Shown here in pieces: positions 20,113-31,695 of a stretch of 64,000 nucleotides of DNA (position 1 is its first letter; every line of letters starts with the position of its first letter). The stretch is from a virus. Its lineage: Duplodnaviria; Caudoviricetes. The notes under the pieces are model-generated. The model did not search any database. It was not told the DNA's origin and saw only the letters and a program-made list of their open reading frames with translations. Made by a program: the position numbers and the translations under genes. The stretch is taken from positions 1 through 64,000 of the IMG/VR virus record IMGVR_UViG_2974601178_000001. One strand, written 5' to 3'.

Positions 20113-21026
20113 TGGTTTATACAAAAATTAACGGTGCTAAAGTGGATGAATTCATGAAAAGGTTTAAGGATTATTGTGTTGTTGATTTCACTGACGTTTT
20201 TGAGGGTTGTTACACTTACACAGAAATTAACCTTGGCCCCTTTGCAATAGATTTCCGAGAATTTGTAGAATTGGAAACAGGGTGCTACATTACAGATAGT
20301 GATTGGATTAACACAGGTGTATTTACATGGGAGAAGTTGGTGGAACATTTGAATAAAGGTATGAAAAAAGAGGAAGGTGTTTTGGCAAGTTTTAAAGCGG
20401 ATGAAAAAGAAACTTTCAGCGCCCCATACAACCCTGTTAAAAATATTTCTATTGAAAAGTATTACCGTTGTGCAAAAGGTGCTCCTTCTCAATGTGATCA
20501 ATTCTACAGCGGAAATGGTATTTTATTCATGTCGGAATCTGATTGTGGTAAATACTACTATTGGGAAGATTACAACAGTAAAAATGAATTGATCTTTTTC
20601 CGAGGTGAGAAATCTTGGGTGGAAGGTAATTACCAGAAGTTTGATTTTCTTGATAAAGAAGATGTAGGTGGGGAGGTAAATGGAAAAAAGGTAGTTGACC
20701 TAGGAGAGATTACTTTGATTGGAAAGAAGGAAACCAATCCAACACCAATTAAATCCGATGGTGGTAAAAGTGATTATTATAAGATAGAATTACCTCAGTG
20801 GCTGATGGATAAACATTCTGAAAATGGTTTTATCATGCTGGAGGATTTAGCTGAGATTATGTTTGAAAATGATTTCAACTTCACTAATGTGTTCAAGGCA
20901 CAGAAGCGTATGTTCGAATTAACAAAAGGTCAAGGTAAAGCAGGTAACGATTTTGAATATGATGCCACTAAGTGTAAATATTACACAGATAAACAAGTGG
21001 AAGTTTTCAACAGGGATAAAAAGTGA
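20109..21026 (+). CDS. hypothetical protein with DUF3310-like C-terminal domain
   Basis: SDGGKSDYY...NVFKA...YDATKCKYY. Confidence 0.5.
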   Translation: MMVYTKINGAKVDEFMKRFKDYCVVDFTDVFEGCYTYTEINLGPFAIDFREFVELETGCYITDSDWINTGVFTWEKLVEHLNKGMKKEEGVLASFKADEKETFSAPYNPVKNISIEKYYRCAKGAPSQCDQFYSGNGILFMSESDCGKYYYWEDYNSKNELIFFRGEKSWVEGNYQKFDFLDKEDVGGEVNGKKVVDLGEITLIGKKETNPTPIKSDGGKSDYYKIELPQWLMDKHSENGFIMLEDLAEIMFENDFNFTNVFKAQKRMFELTKGQGKAGNDFEYDATKCKYYTDKQVEVFNRDKK

Positions 21027-22458
21027 TAACATTATTCTTTATTCAAATGTTGGCATCTGCAGGTTATGTGAGTTTCCGTTCCATGCAGGTGATCAACATA
21101 ACAAATAGCCAATGGTGGATGATACTGCCTACGAGCCTGTGTATAGCCTTGTGCGAGGTTTATGTTATTCACATGATAGCTACATCAGACTTGGATAAAG
21201 TGTGGCTGGTGTTGAGCACAGGGACTGGTGGAGCTATAGGTTGCTTTGTTGCGATGTGGGTGAGTAGAATTTTTAAGAAGGAGACAATCAATGAAAAATG
21301 ATATACAAGTTTCAAAACAAGTGTTACTCTACGTGGCAGAACAACTTTATGTGAAAGCATATTCCGATGGGAAGAAAGGGGTTTCCACTGAGAACATTGA
21401 AGCAGTGATTGCAAAAGTGGCAGAACAATTTGTGAATGATGTAGACCGATTAGCATTAGCTATTCCAGTTAAACGATAATACTATTAATAAAGGAGAAAA
21501 CTTTAATGAAAGAGATAACAGCGACAACAGAGACTTTCCTAAAAACTTTAGAAATGATATACCTTGCAGGTGCAAACGATAATGAACAGTCAAAAGAAGA
21601 TGAAGTGTTGACAGAAAGTGAACTTCGTGAGAGAATTGTTTCACATTTGAAAGTTATCACAGCTAATTTAAGTGAAGCTTCTTCAAAGGGTACTTCCTCG
21701 GAACAGGATGATGACTATGGCGAGGAAGCATAAAAGAGAGTTAAAGTTAACCATTGAAGAACAGAATTTATACAATGTACTAGTTATTGATTTGGAGGAC
21801 GCTTTGGGAGCATTACAAACTGCGGAACAGGAATTATCACTTTCCGAGCAACAGGTTAAACAGGCAGAAGAGGATCTTCGGTTGGCAGTGGAAAATTGGA
21901 AAGAAAAGAAGAAGATTGTAACAGGAGTGGAAGCTGCTTACGAGTGGTTCATTCGAGATTATATAGAGGATTAGGTATGGGAAGTATGGAAGGTTATATT
22001 GAAGAAGTGTGTACAGCTTATAACAAAGCGATTGAGTTTGCGTTAGAGTTGAATACATATCACGTAAAGTTATTCTTGGAACTTTGGCACAATGGTGATT
22101 ATGAGGAAATTGAAACTTTATTTCCAGAATTTGATACTAATTGTGCCAAGGATTGTGTTTACGTGGGAAATTATTAATGTGACAAATATGACACTTTAGC
22201 TGCGGAAATGGGGGTTAAAGTGCCAAATAGGGTATATTAGAGGAGATGGGATTTATGACAAGAGAAGGTATATTGGAAGAACTGTTAAAAGAAGCTATGG
22301 GTAAGATAGATTACGTTTTAAACACACCCGATGATACCGTATGGGTATCTAAAGTGACAGATTTTCAAGCATCGTCCTATGGGTATTTGGAGAACGGTAT
22401 TATTGACGATTTAATATACCCTCATAGGTTTATGGACAAGCTTAAACAGGAGAAATAA
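21023..22458 (+). CDS. run of small hypothetical proteins (21023..21301 membrane, 21291..21479, 21506..21733, ~21717..21974, ~21977..22177, 22246..22458)
   Basis: Coupled ORFs with SD motifs. Confidence 0.65.
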
Positions 22459-22545
22459 TTTGAGTAATAGAAAACTTACACCACAGGATTACATTCACAA
22501 AGGTATTATTAGTGCTAAGAAATTTTTAATAAAAGGAGAATAAGT

Positions 22546-23796
22546 TTGAGCAATATTAAGTTAAAGAATAACCCTGAGCTAATGGAAGCAATTGAGAAAG
22601 CGTTGAATTCTGGTTCAAGTGTTCGTGGTGTGGCAAGGGATGTATTGGGGTCGGAGAGCCGAGAGAGTTCAATTCGTGCTGCGATCAAGCGTGGGGATAT
22701 CAGTTTAGATACAGAAGAAGAAACAGAAGATACCTTATCAGAAGAGCAAATTGAGGTTTTGTGTGAGCACCCTGATTATTCAGTAAGTAACTTGGCAAAA
22801 CGTTTACGTAGTGCACAAAGAACTAATAATCAACTACGTAAAGTACAACGTGAGTTGTTTGATGGAGAAGAGGGTAGGTTTACCCTTGAAGGTTTTACTA
22901 GTGAATTAAAAAAGGAATTAAAGTTACCTAAACGTAGTTTTACCAAAGTACCTCAGAACGGTTCTACAAAACGTACAGTAGAGGTTTTATTCTCTGACTT
23001 ACAAATAGGTAAATGTAGTGAATTCTATAACACAGAAAACGCATTGTCGGCTATGGAATACTACGGGAAAGAAGTTCTTAAGATTATTAAAGAAGTTAAT
23101 CCTGAAAAAATAGTTTTCGCATCTTTAGGTGATATTATAGAGTGTGCCAAGAAGCATGGGTTACAGTCAGCATACTCAACTGATACATCTAATGCTCAAC
23201 AATTAGCTAACGCCACAACATCTATGTGGAAGTATGTAATAGAACCTTTACTAAGTACAGGTATTACTATGACTATATTAGGTGTTGCAGGTAATCATGG
23301 TTCTGATGCCGAAAAAGGCTTTGATATGTATAAAGCAGGATTGTACACATACGACTATGTTATTTACCAATCTTTAAAATTACTGTGCGAAGCCGTTGGC
23401 GCTGACCATGTAACTTTTAATATACCAGAGGGTTGTTTTACTACAGAAGAAATCTATGGAAATACTTACCTTTATGAGCACGGATATTTCAATGGTTGTA
23501 CAGAAAAAAGCCTGATAGACCACAAGAAAAAACGTATGGATAACTTAAAAGAGTACTTAGATGGTTACCGTTGTGGTGATATGCATCATGTATGTCAATA
23601 TGATTGTGGTAATCTTGTTGTAAATGGTAGTTTTTTTGGCATTGAGCGTCAAGGTTCAGAATACTCAGGTATATTAGGTTTCAATGCTGTACCTGCACAA
23701 GTTGTAATGATCCATGAACCTTCGCAAGGTAATGATATGGGACAGACAACGGTTATTGATACCAAAATTATACAAGTAGCTAAGAGTTATGTCTAA
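22546..23796 (+). CDS. calcineurin-like metallophosphoesterase with N-terminal HTH-like region
   Basis: FSDLQIG, LGDIIE, GNHG, EHG, GDMHH. Confidence 0.85.
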   Translation: MSNIKLKNNPELMEAIEKALNSGSSVRGVARDVLGSESRESSIRAAIKRGDISLDTEEETEDTLSEEQIEVLCEHPDYSVSNLAKRLRSAQRTNNQLRKVQRELFDGEEGRFTLEGFTSELKKELKLPKRSFTKVPQNGSTKRTVEVLFSDLQIGKCSEFYNTENALSAMEYYGKEVLKIIKEVNPEKIVFASLGDIIECAKKHGLQSAYSTDTSNAQQLANATTSMWKYVIEPLLSTGITMTILGVAGNHGSDAEKGFDMYKAGLYTYDYVIYQSLKLLCEAVGADHVTFNIPEGCFTTEEIYGNTYLYEHGYFNGCTEKSLIDHKKKRMDNLKEYLDGYRCGDMHHVCQYDCGNLVVNGSFFGIERQGSEYSGILGFNAVPAQVVMIHEPSQGNDMGQTTVIDTKIIQVAKSYV

Positions 23797-24385
23797 AGGT
23801 GTACAAGGTGTAGGTTTTAATTCAGGAGGTAGTTACCGCGTAATGGAAAGCCCTAATGTTAAAACCAAAGCCTATTCTGTGTGGAAAGATATGCTACGCA
23901 GGGGTTACTCTGAATCTTATAAAAAGAAGAGACCTACTTATAAGGATGTCACTGTATGCGAAGAGTGGCTGGATTATCAAAAATTTGCTGAGTGGTTTTA
24001 TACCAACTATAAAGAAGGTTTCCAGTTAGATAAGGATATAGTCAGTAGAGGTAACAAGGTATACTGTCCTGAATTCTGTAGATTCATACCACAAGACCTT
24101 AATAGTTTACTGGTTAACAGGACAGGAGGTTCTAGAAATTATGACTTGCCCTTGGGTGTTAGTTACAGAAAGGATTCTGGTAAGTACGTAGCTTGGTGTA
24201 ATAATGGAGAAGGAATCACTATTAACTTAGGCAGCAAAGAGACTCCAGAAGAAGCTTTTATTTTATACAAAGAATATAAAGAGTCTATTATAAAGAGAAA
24301 GGCTACGGAATACTATGGTAAGGGTATTATAGATTCGGATACTTATAATTCTTTGATGGAGTATGAAGTTAATGAATCAGGTTAA
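23789..24385 (+). CDS. HNH homing endonuclease
   Basis: WKDMLRR, VCEEWLDYQKFAEW, LDKDI...YCPEFC. Confidence 0.85.
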   Translation: MSKGVQGVGFNSGGSYRVMESPNVKTKAYSVWKDMLRRGYSESYKKKRPTYKDVTVCEEWLDYQKFAEWFYTNYKEGFQLDKDIVSRGNKVYCPEFCRFIPQDLNSLLVNRTGGSRNYDLPLGVSYRKDSGKYVAWCNNGEGITINLGSKETPEEAFILYKEYKESIIKRKATEYYGKGIIDSDTYNSLMEYEVNESG

Positions 24386-24512
24386 ATTTTCGAATTAAAC
24401 CCTTGACAACAATCCACCCTTCCACTAATATACACCCATCGCAACAAGGAAGCCCTTATCCAAAGTGTTAAGAGCTTACCTTTTTAATCAACAATTAACA
24501 GGAGAAATGTTT

Positions 24513-24932
24513 ATGAAATTTATCGGAATTTTAATCACGGTTATGGCAATATTTTTAATTTGCCCAACTATTATCTATTGTCTATGGGATGACGTTATGG
24601 TGAAGTTTTTCAATCTACCAGATGTAACCTTTTTAGATAGTATTTGGATTTCAATTTTATCATCGGTGTTATTTAAAAGTTCTTACACTGGTAACGATTA
24701 ATTAAAGGAGAATATGATGAGAATTTTAATGGTTTTAATGGGTTGGTTAGGTTTAATATCAGGCAACCTATTTTGGATTGGTCACGCAATTTACGAATTG
24801 GTTAAAACTGACCAAGGGTTTTTCACTATTGTAGCAACAAATTTTGGTTGGTGGTTGCTCCATATGGCAGTATCGATCTTACTTTTCGGAATCGGGTTTT
24901 GGTTCTTTGATCCAAGTAAGAAGAAGTGGTAG
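24513..24932 (+). CDS. two small membrane proteins (24513..24701, 24714..24932)
   Basis: Hydrophobic; SD GGAG. Confidence 0.65.
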
Positions 24933-25042
24933 ACCACAGAAGTCATTCCAAATAATCGAAAAATTTGTTGAAAATAACCCTTTACAAAATATCTCCTTCC
25001 TGTAAAATGGAAGGATACCATAATCAAATAGGAGAATAAATT

Positions 25043-25939
25043 ATGAAAAAATTCGCAGTGTACAATTTCAAAGGTGCTATCCAATTAAACGAAGAAGAAA
25101 TCCTTACTAAAACTGTTAATACTCTTACAAAAGAACAAACCACTTTAGTTTCATTTGATCCACTTTTCGATGAAACGTTTGTCCAAGATGTAAATGATTA
25201 CCAAGTTGCTAAAATTCGATTCAATTCTCGGAAAGAACCAGACAAAACCATTTTAGCAGAACAAGTAGATTCTTATCTGGAAACTATTGACTTACCACAA
25301 GATGAAAGTTCTTACCAACAACTGTGTAACGCTGTACAAGAGGAGAAACGTCTTGAGCTGATGCAATACACTGGCTACACTTCAAAGGCGGCTATCGTGG
25401 CTGTGGACAACTCTACGGGTAAAGTGGTTATTGCAGAAGCTCGTAATTTTGCTGATATGATCATGGGTGATTTGTTATCTTGTTTCGAAGGTGATTATTC
25501 TGAATTGGAATTACTTTCAACAGAGCCTGTTGCAACGGAAACTATTTTAACAGGCTTCCTATTAGATGAGCGTAAGAATCTTCCTGACCCATTTACTCTT
25601 GTGGAAAAGGTGTCCCTTGGTAAGAAAAGTGTTCTTGATAAAAAGCCTTCTTCTGCTACAATTAAAGTTTCTAAAACTTACCCAGCAGTGGACGAGATTT
25701 TATCATTGGTGACAGATTTAGGTAATGTGGTTAAGGATTTAGAGCTAGAATTTGACGGCATTCTATGCTTCAATGTGACAAACACTTTATCAATTGAATC
25801 GGTTAAGTTTTTAGAAGATTTAAAATTTAAACCAGATGAGGATACCTCTGACAGTGTTAACTTTATGACGCAGTATCAATTACAATTACCAGTAGTGTTT
25901 GATGTGATTAATCGTTTGGAAGAAGTTATTGTAAAATAA
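25043..25939 (+). CDS. rdgC: RdgC-like recombination-associated protein
   Basis: About 300 aa; alignable by eye to RdgC (VY.., vDnstG.vvi, G.VVKDLELEF, L.IESVKF). Confidence 0.6.
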   Translation: MKKFAVYNFKGAIQLNEEEILTKTVNTLTKEQTTLVSFDPLFDETFVQDVNDYQVAKIRFNSRKEPDKTILAEQVDSYLETIDLPQDESSYQQLCNAVQEEKRLELMQYTGYTSKAAIVAVDNSTGKVVIAEARNFADMIMGDLLSCFEGDYSELELLSTEPVATETILTGFLLDERKNLPDPFTLVEKVSLGKKSVLDKKPSSATIKVSKTYPAVDEILSLVTDLGNVVKDLELEFDGILCFNVTNTLSIESVKFLEDLKFKPDEDTSDSVNFMTQYQLQLPVVFDVINRLEEVIVK

Positions 25940-26107
25940 CATTTGACATGGAGGCGAGACTTCTGTAATATGGAGTCTCTTATCCTAAAAGGAAACTATT
26001 ATGAAAAAGTTATTCACCTTGTTCAACAACTATTACCACAGCAGCGATAATTACTTTACCAAAAGTGATCCTTCTGTAAGTGGTGATTGGTGGAAGGGGT
26101 TATAATT

Positions 26108-26775
26108 ATGAAAAATGATTTTGATACTTGGTGGGGAGAAGCCTCTTTTATCGAAGATGACGGATGTTACCAAGAGAAATACCTTGCAGCAAAGGAAGCT
26201 TGGGAGGAAAAGGATAACCAACTGGAGGAAGTGATTGGACGCTTGGAAAATTACCCTTGCTGCATGAGTTGTTATCTAACAAAAGAGGAAATGTTCGCTG
26301 CAAGGAATATTAAGGAAAGGTTTATTGAAATTTTGAAAGAGGAATTATTGTGATCACGTCAAAAGCACGTAAATTAGCAGAAGAATACTTTTCAGTAGGA
26401 GTGGCTAAACAATTTAAACTAGAGTACCATTGGACAAACCTTTGGAGCAGACAGGTCCACTTAACCCAAGAGGAACAAACTGTAGAAGTGGAGAAACACT
26501 TAGCTGCAATTAGTTCTCCTATTTGGGAAGTAGTGGAATCTATTTTAGAGTGTCCAGAAGATTTGGAGAAAGTGGATACCTACACTTACAAATTTAGTTT
26601 TGGTGAAGTGGAATTAGAGTTTCACAGTGGAGACTTTGGGGGTATAGGTATTTATCCTGAAATTTACAACACTGCAGAAGAAAAGACTATTATAATAGAA
26701 GCTTACCGAGTTGCAAGAAAGTGGATCGATGGGCAGCAACAGAGAGAAATTTTAAAGGGGGTGTTTAGTGAGTGA
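26108..26775 (+). CDS. two hypothetical proteins (26108..26353, 26350..26775)
   Basis: Coupled ORFs. Confidence 0.65.
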
Positions 26776-28357
26776 ATTTAGTTTTGTAATGGGGGATGTT
26801 CCTAAGGTGGAAGGAGTAGGTTTCCAAGGAGGAACTAACACTTTTATACGAAGTAAGAAAGATAATACTTTGTTTAAAGATCTACAAGTAGAAAATATTG
26901 AAAGACTTTACACAGAAGATGTTATTGCACACATTGATGCGGACAGTATTGCTTATAAAAGTGCATCTTCCATCGAAGATGATTTTGTGGAAGTTGAAAA
27001 CAATAAAGAAAATGACACCACTAAAGAAGGACTTTTTGTACCAAGTGGTACTATCTTTAAGAATAAAACAGAATTTAAGGGTGCAGCAAGGACAGAAGGT
27101 AAGATAACAGCAGGAAGTTATTTAGATATTATCAATGTTAAACGTGAGGTAGAAGGATTAGAACTTTACACTTTAGATGATTTTGAAATAGTACCTAAGA
27201 AGAAATTGAAGTATGAGAAGGGTGCGACTATCGATGGATTAGAGTTTAAAAATAGTACAGAAGTTTTATACTACTTTATGGACAACTGGATTGAGTGTAT
27301 AAAGAAGCAAACCCTTATTGATAATATTAAATTGTATTTGGGTGCGGGTCTTGTGCATAGGCACTTTATACAACTCCCTAAACGGTATAAAGAAGCTCGT
27401 GTTGATATGGAGCGTCCTCTTTTGTTGCAAGAAGCACGTGATTATCTGTTAGAAAATTACCCCTCAGAACTAGCTCCAGAAGGATATGAAGCAGACGAAA
27501 GGGTAGATGCCGCAGCATTTAAGGATTATTTGAATTATAGGAAAACAGGTAAGGTGAGTGGTATTAAGTGTTCTATTGATAAGGATAATTGGAATACAGC
27601 GGGTTTTTCTTTTAACTATACAAAAGATTTCCACTTTAAATACCCTCAAATTATTAAGATTGACTCTACTGATTTAAGTGTAGGTTGTTTAGAGTGGAGT
27701 GGTGATGATCTGAAAGGTACAGGATTACTGTTTACAGCGTTACAACTTTGTTTAGAAGATAGTGCCGATGGTTACGGAAGTAGGTTGTTCTTACCTAAGG
27801 AAATGAAACAAGGTATTAGTTACGGAAGTAAGACTTTTTATAAAGACTTCGTTAACTTGGATACTCCTCAAAAAGTTTTACAAAAGGTTGTAGATAAATT
27901 TGCAGAATGGTTTCCTAATGGTGTAAGATACACGGCTTGGGATGGAACAGAAGTTGATGAGAATACTATAGATTGGTTACAGAAATGTTTCCAATGCGTA
28001 TATATGACTAGGAAAGAAAATGACCCTACTACTATCCATCACTTACTTAAACGTTTCAAAGTAGACACTTCTGCAATTGAAAACAACAACTTGTTAACAG
28101 AACCTTACGAAGTGTTCAATGAGGACAATGCGGAAACTATAATTTCATCTTATGATAATGTTATTGACCACGTTTTGAATAACAACCTGAAAGCATATAA
28201 ATCAGGCAAGAAGCAAGACCTAGTGGACGCAATGGATTCCATTAAAGAAATGTTACTTGAGCAAAGAAAACTTTCTTCGGAAGGTAAGACAAAACTTGTG
28301 CAGAAGAATAAAGACACTGGTGAAATTATTGATTACATTGAAGGAGGTAGTTTATGA
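26768..28357 (+). CDS. 5'-3' exonuclease (T7 gp6/FEN-like)
   Basis: HIDADSIAY, YKEAR, EADE, SIDKD, DSADGY. Confidence 0.85.
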   Translation: MSEFSFVMGDVPKVEGVGFQGGTNTFIRSKKDNTLFKDLQVENIERLYTEDVIAHIDADSIAYKSASSIEDDFVEVENNKENDTTKEGLFVPSGTIFKNKTEFKGAARTEGKITAGSYLDIINVKREVEGLELYTLDDFEIVPKKKLKYEKGATIDGLEFKNSTEVLYYFMDNWIECIKKQTLIDNIKLYLGAGLVHRHFIQLPKRYKEARVDMERPLLLQEARDYLLENYPSELAPEGYEADERVDAAAFKDYLNYRKTGKVSGIKCSIDKDNWNTAGFSFNYTKDFHFKYPQIIKIDSTDLSVGCLEWSGDDLKGTGLLFTALQLCLEDSADGYGSRLFLPKEMKQGISYGSKTFYKDFVNLDTPQKVLQKVVDKFAEWFPNGVRYTAWDGTEVDENTIDWLQKCFQCVYMTRKENDPTTIHHLLKRFKVDTSAIENNNLLTEPYEVFNEDNAETIISSYDNVIDHVLNNNLKAYKSGKKQDLVDAMDSIKEMLLEQRKLSSEGKTKLVQKNKDTGEIIDYIEGGSL

Positions 28358-29014
28358 AAATAGTAGAACAATTCTTTGATGAGGGTTCTGCGGAGAGGTT
28401 TTTAGATAACCTACACAGGAGTATCTATGAAGGTCTAAGTGAATGTATAGATTCTGGTACAGTTGATCAGATTTCTTCTGTAGTGCTGTGTTTACCTTTT
28501 GAAAAGTTTCAGAGGCTTATTAACATACCTTCTTTTAGGGAAGGATATTCTTACTCAAAATCGTTGAGAGGTGATTTTAGTAATACTGTTATAAGAGATG
28601 TAAAGCTCATAGGTTTATCAGGAGATGAAAACTTATTTAGGTGGAAAGGGAATGTTTTCTTGGAAACATTTGATGAAGACTTCCAAGACAAGGTATTTAT
28701 TGTTAAGAGTAAAACTAGGCTAAAAGTTGAAGAATTTACAAAAACAGGAGAATAATATTATGAAAAGTTACACTGCAAAAGATGTAGTTGTTACGGTTAA
28801 TGGTAATCCTGTTTCAGGGACTTGGAATCATACTCTTGATACACGTGAACCAGAGTATAAAATAATCTCCTCATCAAAAGATATCCCTGAAAATGGTATA
28901 GTTTATCAAAATGATTGTGGATTCTGGTATGAATGGGATTTATCAGGTAAGTGTGAAGATGCATTACAAAGCCTTTTCCGAACAAATTTAATTTATGTAA
29001 AAGTAGGAGAATAA
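28354..29014 (+). CDS. two hypothetical proteins (28354..28755, ~28760..29014)
   Basis: Coupled ORFs. Confidence 0.6.
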
Positions 29015-29018
29015 TATT

Positions 29019-29702
29019 ATGACAAAAATTACAAAAGAAGATATTGCTAACAAGATTTTAGAAACTTGGAAAATCTCTGATGAAATTAATATGGCTGTAG
29101 GATTAATTACCGATTCAGAAGAAAGCTTATCACATCAAATTGATATTGCATATTCAGAATTTAAAGAGGGAATGGCTTCTATTAAAGAAAGTAATGAATC
29201 AGAAGCATATGATGCCTTACTAGATTTACATGTGACAGTACCTACTTGTTTGATGATGTATTCTGAAAGTAAAGATCTTCTTTTAGAACCTCCACGTATC
29301 ACAGAAACAGGGTTTGATTTTAATGACTTGTTACACGAAGCACAAAAAGCTTTCTTATCTACCAAATACGGGCAGTATCATTTCGTAGATGCAGTTGATT
29401 GTCTAGTGGATGCAACTCTTGCTACGGATATTGACCCTGTTAAGTTTATGAAGTATGCTGATGCAGTAAATACATCTAACCTAAGTAAAATGCCTCTTGT
29501 AGGTACAGTTGACCCAGAAGAAGAATGTAACTATATTGAATCAAAAGGGCGTTACACGGATGTGTATTTTGAAGAAGGGGAGTTACTTGGTAAGAAGGTG
29601 TATATTTTCAAGAGTTGCTATGACAAAGAAAATAATGAACGATTTCCTAAAGGTAAATATTTAAAACCAAGTAGTTTTGTTGATGTACAGGAGTTGTTAT
29701 GA
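29019..29702 (+). CDS. MazG-like NTP pyrophosphatase
   Basis: SEFKE...EAYDALLDL, VNTSNLSK, GKYLKP. Confidence 0.65.
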   Translation: MTKITKEDIANKILETWKISDEINMAVGLITDSEESLSHQIDIAYSEFKEGMASIKESNESEAYDALLDLHVTVPTCLMMYSESKDLLLEPPRITETGFDFNDLLHEAQKAFLSTKYGQYHFVDAVDCLVDATLATDIDPVKFMKYADAVNTSNLSKMPLVGTVDPEEECNYIESKGRYTDVYFEEGELLGKKVYIFKSCYDKENNERFPKGKYLKPSSFVDVQELL

Positions 29703-30401
29703 TAGTAGACACTTTAGGTAATGTTGTTTCGTGTGGTGATGTTATTTCAATTGCCACTAACCGTTTTGGAAAGTTAGGTGCTACACATGAAATCACAAAA
29801 GTGAAAAGTGTATCTTTTGAAGAAGGTGTTATTACCACTGTTAACGGAGAAGATATTGATACTGGTGTTTATGATATCCTCATACTACCTTTTAGTTATT
29901 TACCACAGGAATTATTAGAGGAAGTGTAATGTCATTATTTGATAAGATCAAAAGTATTGAAGAAGAGTTGGAAAATTACTCTTACTTGGAAACAAACGAG
30001 CACTACTGGTATAAAAACGAAGATGAAGTTAGATGGATTAACAATGATAAATATTGTTTTCTATGTGGTGACTATTACCGAGGTACTTTTGAAAAAGATG
30101 ATTGTGTTTTGGTAAATACCGATACTGGATGTGGTGAAACCGTGACTCAAGTTTTCAAAAAGGAATTACAACTCACCGAAGAGGAATTTTATGATAAGTA
30201 TGAGGACTTCATGTAATGGATAATAAAACTTTAATAAATACTGCCATTGAAACAAGTGACCTTTTGTTCTTTGGAGGTAACCTTATCAAACCGTACTCTT
30301 TAGAAGGTGATACACTTTGGTACAGGGATTTGACGGAAAATTATGAAGCCTGTGCAAATATTGTTGATGTGGAAATTATTGCTTATGTAGAAGGGGTTTG
30401 A
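29699..30401 (+). CDS. three small hypothetical proteins (29699..29929, 29929..30216, 30216..30401)
   Basis: Coupled ORFs. Confidence 0.65.
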
Positions 30402-30402
30402 T

Positions 30403-30987
30403 TTGGCTGTACCTAGTAAGGCAGATATAAGTAAGCGTAAAAAGAAGCTAGAAACTTGGTTGAAAGGTTTGGAAGAAGATGGTAGTATGTCTGAGAAGAA
30501 ACTCTGCACACTCCTTAGAAGTGCTGTGAGAAACGTATGGATGAGGCACCCAGTTAAGCTTTCTTATCTATATTCTAAAACGTACCCTGATATGAATAAT
30601 GCAACTAGGACAAAATGGTTAATAGATTGTGAACACTGCAATAAAAGTTTTAAAACAGGTGATGTACAAGTTGACCATATCATAGGAGAACATAGTTTAC
30701 TTACTTTAGAAGATGTAGTACCATTTGCAGAAAGTATCTTAGGAGTGAGCCATGAAGATCTTAGAATACTTTGTATACCCTGTCACGAAGCTATCACTTA
30801 TGCAGAAAGGTACAATATGACCATAGAAGAAGCTTTCGAAGAAAAGAAAGTTATTGTTAAAATCAAGCAAACAGTTGCTAAACAGAAATCCGAATTGAAA
30901 AAGTTTGGATATAAAGCTTCTGATATGTCAAACAATGATAAAAGAAGGGAACTGTACCGAGAGTTATTAAAATTAGGTAAAATATAA
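30403..30987 (+). CDS. HNH nuclease (CxxC-DH-CxxCH type)
   Basis: CEHC...VQVDHI...LCIPCH. Confidence 0.85.
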   Translation: MAVPSKADISKRKKKLETWLKGLEEDGSMSEKKLCTLLRSAVRNVWMRHPVKLSYLYSKTYPDMNNATRTKWLIDCEHCNKSFKTGDVQVDHIIGEHSLLTLEDVVPFAESILGVSHEDLRILCIPCHEAITYAERYNMTIEEAFEEKKVIVKIKQTVAKQKSELKKFGYKASDMSNNDKRRELYRELLKLGKI

Positions 30988-31052
30988 ATAACCTATTGAC
31001 AGCGGAAAGGATTCTGCTACAATTACCACATTGAACAAACAGGAGAATAACA

Positions 31053-31695
31053 TTGAATAAATCGTACAAACTTTGCAAAACAGCCTCACAATTAAATGAG
31101 TACACTCGCCAAGAACGGGATTCACGTTGCGGATACTTAGATGAACTTTGGAATAAAGGTGGTGGTTTCCAGTCAACAAAGGATGGCCTAAGTGGATTTA
31201 TGCTTCACCCAAGACAAAACACTTTCCGCACAGTGGGAGATTTGGAGAAAGAATTATCTGATGGGCAAGTGGCTGTTTTGAAAGAAACACATTTGGAAAG
31301 TATGCAGAAAAGTGATTATTTGAAAGTATTAACCTTTGGAGAAAATGATTATGAATAATGAAGAAAAATTAGATAAGTGCATTAACTCTTTTTCAAATAC
31401 CTATTACAACTTATTAAAGGGTATTTTAAAAGATATTATGCCTGTAGCTGCAATTGATTTCGTTTCAGATGAAGCGGATAAGGTTATTAAAAAGGAGTTG
31501 GAAGTATTTAAAGATGATAAAGATGTGGAAATGTTGTATCAAGTTTTAGTAAAAGATAACATTGAAGGTGTTACTAAAGATTTCAGCAAAAAGATTCACA
31601 CCATTTCAGATAATATGGAAAAAGCTTTAGAAGTTGTTCTTGATGAGAATGAAGATTACTTGAGTAAATTATTAGATGAAGGTGAAGTGCATTGA
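31053..31695 (+). CDS. two hypothetical proteins (31053..31358, 31336..31695)
   Basis: Own TTGACA promoter; SD motifs. Confidence 0.65.
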
